The notes below the pieces were generated by a model. It made no database searches. It had not been told where the DNA came from and worked only from the letters and a program-made list of their open reading frames with translations. A stretch of DNA of 64,000 nt from Oscillospiraceae bacterium (lineage in GTDB: Bacteria; Bacillota; Clostridia; Oscillospirales; Acutalibacteraceae): positions 55,235-119,234 of the forward strand of contig CADBBT010000004.1 of assembly GCA_902792985.1 (NCBI GenBank). The letters are read 5' to 3'. Both the position numbers and the translations under genes were made by a program. Below are positions 53,652-61,129 of the stretch, piece after piece (the stretch's first letter is position 1; each line of letters opens with the position of its first letter).

Positions 53652-56132
53652 ATGATTCTATGTTATAATTCCCCCGCGAATTTCAGCTACTTCGGCTGGG
53701 AAAACGAAGCGCTGCCGCTCGGCAACGGCAGCCTCGGTGCAAAGGTGTTCGGCCGCGCAGACTGTGAGTTGATCTCTTTCAACGAAAAATCCCTTTGGTC
53801 CGGCGGCCCGACTGCCAAGGGCTGGAATGCCGGGCTTTCCAGCTTTGATGCGGGCAAGTCTGTCAAAGAAGTGCAGGACCTGCTTTTTGAAGGCAGAACC
53901 GCCGCCGCGCGCGCGGCGATGGAAAAGCTGCAGGGAGACGCGCAGGCGTTCGGCGCTTATCAGGCGCTCGGATCGCTGTATTTGCAGTTTGACGAAATGG
54001 GCGGTTCCGACCACTATGTGCGCGACCTCGACCTTGACACCGCCTCGGCCATGGTGACCTATCGCCGCTCGAATCTGATGTATTCGCGCCACTATTTTGT
54101 CTCCCATCCCCATCAGGTCTTTGTCGGACGGCTCGAGAGTGCGTATCGTGAACGCAAGGTTCCGAAAAGCGACAAGGAGAAGGAGCAGGAAAAAAAGCAG
54201 ATGCCGGAGCCCCAGCTTCCGCCGGAGCCGCCGACATTCAGCTTTGACGCCTATTTTGTCTCCGAGCAAAAGGGCGAATGCGCCGCAATCGACGACGCAA
54301 TCCTTCTGACCGGCACCGTCAACGATAATCATGGACTCACTGCGCCCGACGGCGAAGGCAAGAACCGTTTGCGCTATGCGTTCGGCGTGAAATTCCTTGT
54401 CAAAGACGGCACGGTCACCGCGCTGGAAAACGGACATATCCGCGTGGAAAACACGTCCTGTGTGGTCTTTTTCGCCGCTGCGGCAACAGATTATCAAAAC
54501 ACGTTCCCCAACTTTTGCGACGGGAGCGATCCGCTGCGTGACAAGGTGATCCCGCGGTTGAATGCTGCAACAGAGATCTCGTTCGGCACCCTGTACCGCG
54601 CACATCTCGACGATTACCGCAAGCTGTATGACCGCGTGACATTCTCTTTGGGCGAAACGCAGGAGCAGGCAGTGCATCTGACAGAGAATCTGCTCAAGAA
54701 GTTTGAGAAAAAAGAGGAATACCGCAACGCGCTCATCCCGCTGCTGTTTCAATACGGCCGCTATCTTCTGATCGCCTCCTCACGTGACGGCGCGCTGCCG
54801 GCGAACCTGCAGGGTATCTGGAACGCGAAAAACGACCCGCCCTGGAACTGCGATTATCACCTCAACATCAATCTGCAAATGAACTACTGGCCGGCGTTCG
54901 TGACGAATCTTGCCGAAACCGCCGTGCCGTTTCTCGATTTCATTGCCTCGCTGCGAAAACCCGGCCGTCTTGCCGCACAGAAAGTTTACGGCATCGGCAG
55001 CGGCGATCCGGATTCGCCCACGGGCTGGATCGCGAACACATGGGCAAACCCCTTCGGCTATTGCGCGCCCGGGTTTAACTGGCGCTGGGGCTGGGCAACG
55101 GTTTGCGGCGCCTGGGCAGCGGTGGAAATGTTTGAGCATTACTTATTCACGCGCGATCTTGAAACGCTGCGCGATCTGATCTATCCGACCATGGAGGAGG
55201 CGGCGCTGCTGTTTTCCAATGTGCTGCGCGAGGACGTATGCTCCGGGCGGCTTGTGATGTCGCCGTGCTTCTCGCCGGAGCACGGTCCGCTGAGCATCGG
55301 CGGCACATTTGAGCAGACGATCGTCTACGCGCTGTTCGACGCGGTCCTCAAGGGCGCTGCGGCGCTGCGGGAAAGCGGCGAGGGCGCGGCGCTCAACGAA
55401 GCGCTGCTGAATAAGATCGCCGCGCAAAAGGAGCGTTTGCAGCCGCTTTCGACCGGGAAAAAGGGGACGGTCAAAGAGTGGTGGAACGAAGACAGCTTTT
55501 CGCGTGCCGAACGCGCGGATATCGAAAAGCATCACCGCCACATCTCGCACCTTTTGGGGCTGTATCCGTTTGATTTGATCGATGAAACAACGCCCTCGCT
55601 GCAAAAAGGCGCTGCGCAGTCGCTCGATCTTCGGGGCGATAAAACGACCGGCTGGGCGCTCGCACATCGGCTTTGCTGCCGCGCAAGACTCGGCGACGGC
55701 GAACAATGCGCGCGCATCATTGCGCAGACGGTGAAAACAACGATCCTCAAAAACCTCTTCGGCACCCATCCGCCGTTCCAGATCGACGGCAACTTCGGCT
55801 TTACCGCCGGCGTGGCGGAAATGCTGCTGCAAAGCCACGGCGGCGTGCTGCGCATTTTGCCTGCACTGCCGAGAGAATGGACGACCGGCAGCTTCACCGG
55901 CCTTTGTGCGCGCGGCGGCTTTACGGTTGACGCGGAATGGACGCACGGGCGGCTGAAGCAGGGCACGCTGCACGCGAACATAAGCGGCAGGTGCGCAATG
56001 AAATACGACGGCAAGATCATGCTCGTGCACGAGCTTGACGGCGAAGCCGAGGGCAAAGAGATCGAGGTCGCCTTTGAAAACGGCATATCCGCCTTTTCGG
56101 TCGAAGCGGGAAAAAGCTATCGCTTTGTCTGA
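53652..56132 (+). CDS. glycoside hydrolase family 95 (alpha-L-fucosidase-like)
   Basis: WENEALPLGNGSLGAKVFG N-terminus, LQGIWN, NINLQMNYWP and FQIDGNFG motifs. Confidence 0.85.
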   Translation: MILCYNSPANFSYFGWENEALPLGNGSLGAKVFGRADCELISFNEKSLWSGGPTAKGWNAGLSSFDAGKSVKEVQDLLFEGRTAAARAAMEKLQGDAQAFGAYQALGSLYLQFDEMGGSDHYVRDLDLDTASAMVTYRRSNLMYSRHYFVSHPHQVFVGRLESAYRERKVPKSDKEKEQEKKQMPEPQLPPEPPTFSFDAYFVSEQKGECAAIDDAILLTGTVNDNHGLTAPDGEGKNRLRYAFGVKFLVKDGTVTALENGHIRVENTSCVVFFAAAATDYQNTFPNFCDGSDPLRDKVIPRLNAATEISFGTLYRAHLDDYRKLYDRVTFSLGETQEQAVHLTENLLKKFEKKEEYRNALIPLLFQYGRYLLIASSRDGALPANLQGIWNAKNDPPWNCDYHLNINLQMNYWPAFVTNLAETAVPFLDFIASLRKPGRLAAQKVYGIGSGDPDSPTGWIANTWANPFGYCAPGFNWRWGWATVCGAWAAVEMFEHYLFTRDLETLRDLIYPTMEEAALLFSNVLREDVCSGRLVMSPCFSPEHGPLSIGGTFEQTIVYALFDAVLKGAAALRESGEGAALNEALLNKIAAQKERLQPLSTGKKGTVKEWWNEDSFSRAERADIEKHHRHISHLLGLYPFDLIDETTPSLQKGAAQSLDLRGDKTTGWALAHRLCCRARLGDGEQCARIIAQTVKTTILKNLFGTHPPFQIDGNFGFTAGVAEMLLQSHGGVLRILPALPREWTTGSFTGLCARGGFTVDAEWTHGRLKQGTLHANISGRCAMKYDGKIMLVHELDGEAEGKEIEVAFENGISAFSVEAGKSYRFV

Positions 56133-56133
56133 C

Positions 56134-56162
56134 TTGACAAACGCCGTGCAACGTGCTATAAT
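56134..56162 (+). promoter_or_regulatory. ilvBN promoter
   Basis: TTGACA AACGCCGTGCAACGTGC TATAAT, an exact consensus. Confidence 0.78.
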
Positions 56163-56169
56163 CCAACCA

Positions 56170-56428
56170 ACATGAAAACGCGAGGAAGCGGAGGAGTACG
56201 TTCGGACCCTTTTCTCAGAGAGATGCCGGTCGCTGCAAGGCATTGAAAAGGCTGAACCGAAGTCGCCGCAGAGCGGTCGCAGGGAACAGATGTAGCTGCG
56301 AACGGGCGCTCCCGTTAAAGAGCAAGGCGTGTCAGCGCCGGAGTGCGGCCTTTGGTCGAAGAAGAGTGGTACCGCGGAAGAACAACGGCTCTTTCGTCTC
56401 TTTGAGAGACGGGAGCCTTTTTGTTTTT
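56170..56428 (+). promoter_or_regulatory. T-box leader (branched-chain amino acid; specifier probably GUC/Val, with CUG/Leu not excluded)
   Basis: AGTA and AGAGAG elements, distal loop GGTCGCTGCAA, T-box AGTGGTACCGCGG, and terminator GGCTCTTTCGTCTC TTTG AGAGACGGGAGCC plus a T-run. GAA-GUC-G (56259-56265) lies opposite the AGUA element. Confidence 0.82.
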
Positions 56429-56449
56429 CTTTGTGGGGAGGAATGAAAG

Positions 56450-58150
56450 ATGACGCAAAGAAAAAAGCGCCTGAGCGGGGCGCAGATCCTGATTGAAACG
56501 CTGATTGAGCAGGGCGTGACAGACGTGTTCGGCTATCCCGGCGGCACGGTGCTTGATATTTACGACGCGCTGTTTCGCGCAAAACGGCAGCTTCGGCATA
56601 TCCTCACGGCGCACGAACAGGGCGCTGCGCACGCGGCAGACGGTTATGCGCGCAGCACAGGTAAGGTCGGCGTGGTGATCGCGACCAGCGGACCGGGCGC
56701 AACAAACCTTGTGACCGGCATAGCAACAGCGATGCTCGATTCGGTGCCGATGGTGGCAATCACGGGCAACGTCGCAACGTCGATGATCGGCCGCGACAGC
56801 TTTCAGGAGGTGGACATCACCGGTGTGACCGTGCCCATCACGAAGCACAACTTTTTTGTGACAGATGTGCGCACTTTGGCAGACACCGTGCGCGAAGCGT
56901 TTCAAATTGCGCGGGAGGGGCGTCCCGGACCGGTGCTGATCGACATTCCGAAGGACGTGCAGCAGGCGCTTTGCACGTTCACTCCGGCAAAAGAGCAACC
57001 GTCGGCGCAGGAAGAAAGCTTTGACGACGCAGCGCTGGATGAAGCGGCAGCCCTCATCGCAAAAGCGCAGAAGCCCTATCTTTACATCGGCGGCGGCGCG
57101 CTCGGGTGCGAGCTCGGCAAACAGATCGTTGCGCTGGCGGAAAAAATCGACGCCGTGATCGGCTGCTCGTTTATGGGCTTGACCGCGGTGCCGACCGACG
57201 AGCCGCGCTTTCTCGGAATGCAGGGTATGCACGGCCGCTTTGCTTCCACAGCGGCAAGCCGGCAGGCGGATCTGATCCTCGGCGTGGGTGTGCGTTTTTC
57301 CGACCGCGCCACAGGCAGCCTTGAACGCATCAAAACGCGGCCGACCGTCATTCAGCTCGATGTTGATCTTGCGGAGCTTGGCAAAAACGTGCCGCTTGAT
57401 CTCGGCATTCAGGGCGATCTGCGCGCACTTTTCCCGCGCCTTTGCGCGCGTGCCAAGCCGGCAAAGCACCCCGATTGGATGCGTCAGGTGCAGCGGCTGC
57501 GCGAAAAAGAAAGCGCCGATCTGCTTGCGGCAGATTCTGCGCAGGAAAGCGGCCTTTCGCCGCGAAAGATTTTTGAGATCATCAACGCATCTACAGACAA
57601 CACCACCGTTTTTGCGACCGATGTCGGTCAGCATCAGATGTGGACGGCACAGTTTGCCGCCTTCCGCACGCCGCATACGCTTGTTTCCAGCGGCGGTCTG
57701 GGCACCATGGGCTACGGCCTCGGCGCGGCGATCGGTGCGTGCATCGGCACCGGGGCGAAAACCGTGCTGCTCACCGGCGACGGCAGCTTCGGCATGAATC
57801 TGACCGAGCTCGCAACGGCGGTGACTGAAAAGCTGCCGCTCGTGATCGTGCTGTTCAACAACCGCACCCTCGGTATGGTGCATCAGCTCCAGCATCTGTT
57901 TTATAAAAAACGCTTCGCCGGAACGGACCTTTCCGCACGGCGGACCGATTTTGTGAAGCTGGCGGATGCGTTCGGCGCAAAGGGAACGCGCGTTGAAACG
58001 CCCGCGCAGTTTGAAACGGCGTTCAAAGCGGCAATGCAAAGCAAAACGCCTGCGTTGATCGAGGTTTTGATCGATCCCGAAACGCCGGTGCTGCCCATGC
58101 TGCCGCAGGACGAATCCATTGATAATATCATCACGACCATGACGGAATAA
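56450..58150 (+). CDS. ilvB: acetolactate synthase large subunit
   Basis: ThDP enzyme with GYPGG, GPGATN and GLGTMGYGLGAAIGA....GDGSF motifs. Confidence 0.92.
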   Translation: MTQRKKRLSGAQILIETLIEQGVTDVFGYPGGTVLDIYDALFRAKRQLRHILTAHEQGAAHAADGYARSTGKVGVVIATSGPGATNLVTGIATAMLDSVPMVAITGNVATSMIGRDSFQEVDITGVTVPITKHNFFVTDVRTLADTVREAFQIAREGRPGPVLIDIPKDVQQALCTFTPAKEQPSAQEESFDDAALDEAAALIAKAQKPYLYIGGGALGCELGKQIVALAEKIDAVIGCSFMGLTAVPTDEPRFLGMQGMHGRFASTAASRQADLILGVGVRFSDRATGSLERIKTRPTVIQLDVDLAELGKNVPLDLGIQGDLRALFPRLCARAKPAKHPDWMRQVQRLREKESADLLAADSAQESGLSPRKIFEIINASTDNTTVFATDVGQHQMWTAQFAAFRTPHTLVSSGGLGTMGYGLGAAIGACIGTGAKTVLLTGDGSFGMNLTELATAVTEKLPLVIVLFNNRTLGMVHQLQHLFYKKRFAGTDLSARRTDFVKLADAFGAKGTRVETPAQFETAFKAAMQSKTPALIEVLIDPETPVLPMLPQDESIDNIITTMTE

Positions 58151-58163
58151 CGGAGGAACTTTT

Positions 58164-58661
58164 ATGCGCAATGTCATCGCAGTTTATGTGGAAAACAAAT
58201 ACGGCGTGCTGACCCGCGTGGCGGGGCTGATCATGCGCCGCGGATTCAATATTGACACACTGACCGTGGGTGAAACGGAAAACCCCGATTATTCGCGCAT
58301 CACGATCACCATGCAGGGTGACGAATACAGTCGCACGCAGATCATCAATCAGCTCAAAAAGCTGCACAATGTCAGACAGGTGCAGCTTTTGGAAAGCGGT
58401 GATTCCGTGGAGCGTGAGCTGTTGCTGGTGAAGGTGAAAAACAGCGCCTCCACGCGCAGCGAGGTTATGACCGCCGCCGATGTTTACCGCGGCAAGATCA
58501 TTGATTATTCCACGGATGCGATCATGATCGAGGTCACGGGCGAACCGAATAAGATTCAGGCGTTCATCGACGTGCTGCGTCCACTCGGCATCCTTGAAAT
58601 GTGCCGCACGGGCATCGTCGCGCTGCAGCGCGGCAGCGAAGCGCTGGCAAAGCAGGCTTAA
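58164..58661 (+). CDS. ilvN: acetolactate synthase small (regulatory) subunit
   Basis: ACT domain ENKYGVLTRVAGLIMRRGFNIDTLTVG followed by the C-terminal AHAS small-subunit domain. Confidence 0.92.
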   Translation: MRNVIAVYVENKYGVLTRVAGLIMRRGFNIDTLTVGETENPDYSRITITMQGDEYSRTQIINQLKKLHNVRQVQLLESGDSVERELLLVKVKNSASTRSEVMTAADVYRGKIIDYSTDAIMIEVTGEPNKIQAFIDVLRPLGILEMCRTGIVALQRGSEALAKQA

Positions 58662-58740
58662 TTCGGAATTGCGGTCGCGGGGGAATGATGTGCGGAAAGC
58701 GCGTGCTTCCCGCGACGAAGGTTTCCGAACCGATCATTCC

Positions 58741-58783
58741 TTAATCAATCAGGGGCGGCTTATGGCCGCCCCTGATTGATTAA
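58741..58783. repeat. perfect 19-bp-arm palindrome
   Basis: TTAATCAATCAGGGGCGGC TTATG GCCGCCCCTGATTGATTAA. It abuts MITE copy B, and its last 4 nt are the MITE target duplication. Confidence 0.8.
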
Positions 58784-58942
58784 GTACCCACTGATTAACT
58801 CGAATTCGCAAACATTGACGGTAATTTTCCGTCATTTTGTACAGAAATCTCTTACAAACCGTCAGGTTTGCTGCGCGATTTCTGTTACATCTGACGAAAA
58901 ATTTCCTCGCCAATCTTCACGCACCGAGTTAACAGCGGGTAC
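58784..58942 (-). mobile_element. MITE copy B (159 bp), inverted relative to copy A
   Basis: The reverse complement matches 31062-31210 except for one 1-nt indel, one substitution and one 11-nt indel. It is flanked by a TTAA duplication (58780-58783 and 58943-58946). Confidence 0.85.
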
Positions 58943-59308
58943 TTAAAAAATAAAGATGATATCGGCATCTTTTTTGAGATATTCCTCCATCTTGTTTAAG
59001 CTGTCTGCAGTGAACTGCGTTTGCAGCATGGTTTCTTTGTCGCAGCGCTCCATCACGATGAAAAACCGGTCGCGCAACGGTTCGTCCCAATCGTTTGCAA
59101 CGGTTTCATATGCTAAAACGCATTCAATGAACAAATCCGGCGCAGTCTCTTTCAGCGCCAGCAGCTGCTCCGCCAACGCAACCTCTTGCGGCGAATTGAC
59201 GCCCACAGCCAGATGCGATGTGGGATAGCGCCGCAGAATCAGCTCAAATTGATCGTTTCGTTTGATGACTTTGCGCTTGCTCAGACAGGCGATTTTTGTT
59301 TTTTCCAT
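58943..59308 (-). CDS. hypothetical protein (121 aa)
   Basis: GGAGGA SD lies 7 nt before the ATG at 59308. The gene is AT-richer than its flanks and I recognise no domain. Its TAA stop lies within the MITE target-site duplication. Confidence 0.55.
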   Translation of the reverse strand: MEKTKIACLSKRKVIKRNDQFELILRRYPTSHLAVGVNSPQEVALAEQLLALKETAPDLFIECVLAYETVANDWDEPLRDRFFIVMERCDKETMLQTQFTADSLNKMEEYLKKDADIIFIF

Positions 59309-59326
59309 CTTGCATTCCTCCGGAAA

Positions 59327-59511
59327 GAAAAAGTGTGTGCAAACCGAAGCCTGCACACACGAAAAACACAAACTTCGTTTTGCTACCACACAAAAACTTC
59401 ATTCGTTTAACGTAAAGCTAAACCGAAAATGAGGAAGTCCGTGTTTTTGCCAGAAGGAAAAACACGGTTAGGCTTTACGTTGAAAAAGCGAATATTAAAG
59501 TTTTTGTGTGG
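59327..59511 (-). promoter_or_regulatory. structured 5' leader: 126-nt hairpin plus intrinsic terminator, same design as 14319-14514
   Basis: Minus strand CCACACAAAAACTT ... AAGTTTTTGTGTGG closes the hairpin, with an inner 10-bp stem CCGTGTTTTT/AAAAACACGG. GTGTGTGCA GGCTTCGGTT TGCACACAC followed by TTTTT comes next, directly before the SD. Confidence 0.5.
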
Positions 59512-59518
59512 TGCTTTC

Positions 59519-59547
59519 ACTTTACCACATTTTTACGGAAAAAGCAA
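59519..59547 (-). promoter_or_regulatory. promoter of the hairpin leader and 121-aa ORF
   Basis: Minus strand TTGCTT TTTCCGTAAAAATGTGG TAAAGT, closely similar to the promoters at 13943 and 14284. Confidence 0.5.
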
Positions 59548-59563
59548 GACGTTAAGCGCGATT

Positions 59564-60946
59564 TCATTGCGAATTGCGCATTTCTAATTGCGAATTGATC
59601 TTGATCGCTTCTTCGCCGTTTGCCGCCTTGCCGTCAAAGCGGAACAGCGTCAGGTTTTCCACATCCTCGGCGTCAATCGCATGCCTGTAATCGTCGCACA
59701 GATTCCCGAACGAAGCGGCGGAGTTTTCAATCGAAATGTTTTTACACCCGCGCAGGAAGAACGCCGCGTTGGTGCTTTTTTCGACCCCGAATTCCAGACA
59801 CGGGCGCAGATCATACAGACCGCACGGCCACTTGCTTGTTTTTGTCACATGCACGCGGCAGTGGTCAAACGTGACGTCGGAAATCTTGGCCGCCTTGCCG
59901 CCGTGGATCAGCACACCGTTTTCGCCGTTCGTTGTCACATTAAAAAAGCGGATATTTTTGATCGTGCCGCTGTTGGTGTTTTCGTCGCGGTTGAACGAGG
60001 TCAGCACGATCGGTTCCGCCGTGCCCCACCAGTCGGGGCAGAATCGCCGCGTTTCGATGGAGATGTTGCTGAAGCTGACGTTTTCCACATTGCCGCCGTC
60101 GCGGATCTGGATCGAAAGTCCGCGGTTGGAGCGGCTGATGGCGCAGTTCGACACAAGCACATTGCGAAAATCGCCTACGCCCTCGGTGCCGATCTTGATC
60201 GCGGCGGAGGTGGAGGTCAGGGTGCAGCCGTCAATGACGATGTTTTCGCACGGGCCGTATTCCGCGTTGCCCTTGCTCGTTTTTAAACAAATGCAGTCGT
60301 CGGCGCAAACAATGTGGCAGCCGAGGATGCGCACGTTGGAGCAGTGGTCCGGGTCAATGCCGTCGGAGTTCGCGGCATCCAAGTCGTTGAGGATGCGGAT
60401 GCGGTCGATCAGCACATCGTCGCAGCCGGCGGGATGCAGCGTCCAGAACGGCGCGCCCACGACAGTGAAATCACGGAAGGAGATGTGGTCGCTGTGCTCA
60501 ACATAGATCGTTGTCGGGCGCGGATAAAAATCGCCGGTGACATAATAGCGGTCTTTTCTGCGCAAAAACGCGCCGCCGTTCGCGTCGATCGTGCCCTCGC
60601 CGCTGATGCTGCAGCCGTCCGCGCCAAGGCCGTAAAGAAACACAAAGCTGGGTTTTCCCGTCACGGGGTTGCCGATCAGCGCCGTTTTCGGGTCGTTGAT
60701 CTGTTCATTGGGGCGCACATAGCCCGCAAGGTCGCTTGTCGCTTTCAGCACGGCGCCTTTTTCAAGGTGCAAATCGACATTTTTGCGCAAAAACAGCGAG
60801 TTGCAAACATAGGTGTTTCCGCTTTCAAGGATCACGCGGCCGCCGCCGTTTTCAAAGCATTTGTCCAGCGCGCTCTGGATCGCCAATGTGTCGTTGCTTG
60901 TTCCGTCGCCCGTTGCGCCGAACACCGAAACCGGATAATCTGCCAT
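59564..60946 (-). CDS. glycoside hydrolase family 28 (polygalacturonase-like)
   Basis: FGATGDGTSNDT, NSDGIDPD and CADDCICLKT motifs on a beta-helix repeat pattern. ATG at 60946 lies 7 nt after GGGAGG. Confidence 0.85.
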   Translation of the reverse strand: MADYPVSVFGATGDGTSNDTLAIQSALDKCFENGGGRVILESGNTYVCNSLFLRKNVDLHLEKGAVLKATSDLAGYVRPNEQINDPKTALIGNPVTGKPSFVFLYGLGADGCSISGEGTIDANGGAFLRRKDRYYVTGDFYPRPTTIYVEHSDHISFRDFTVVGAPFWTLHPAGCDDVLIDRIRILNDLDAANSDGIDPDHCSNVRILGCHIVCADDCICLKTSKGNAEYGPCENIVIDGCTLTSTSAAIKIGTEGVGDFRNVLVSNCAISRSNRGLSIQIRDGGNVENVSFSNISIETRRFCPDWWGTAEPIVLTSFNRDENTNSGTIKNIRFFNVTTNGENGVLIHGGKAAKISDVTFDHCRVHVTKTSKWPCGLYDLRPCLEFGVEKSTNAAFFLRGCKNISIENSAASFGNLCDDYRHAIDAEDVENLTLFRFDGKAANGEEAIKINSQLEMRNSQ

Positions 60947-60970
60947 AAGATCGCCTCCCATTTGCCTTCT

Positions 60971-60999
60971 ATTATACCTTTCCGCGCGGCGGTTGTCAA
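60971..60999 (-). promoter_or_regulatory. GH28 promoter
   Basis: Minus strand TTGACA ACCGCCGCGCGGAAAGG TATAAT, an exact consensus. Confidence 0.75.
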
Positions 61000-61035
61000 C
61001 TCGGAGGAACACAGAAATGTTTTTGTGTTTTTTCC

Positions 61036-61064
61036 TTGCAATCAACGCAGGAATATGGTACAAT
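61036..61064 (+). promoter_or_regulatory. promoter of the zinc-ribbon/SH3b protein gene
   Basis: TTGCAA, 17 nt (ending in TATGG), then TACAAT. Confidence 0.6.
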
Positions 61065-61129
61065 CAAATTTGGATAATTTTACGAGATTCTCATCCACCA
61101 AGGAATAATCAAACATAGGAGTGATTTCA

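Noticed and set aside
59564-59600. AATTCGCAAT ... AATGCGCAAT ... AATTCGCAAT repeats at the GH28 3' end, resembling the CATTRCG repeats at 6489-6512 (shared 10-mer ATTGCGCATT)
   Set aside because: They lie within the last codons of the GH28 CDS, and the similarity to the other locus is short. There is insufficient evidence for a common operator or element, so this is recorded only as a curiosity.
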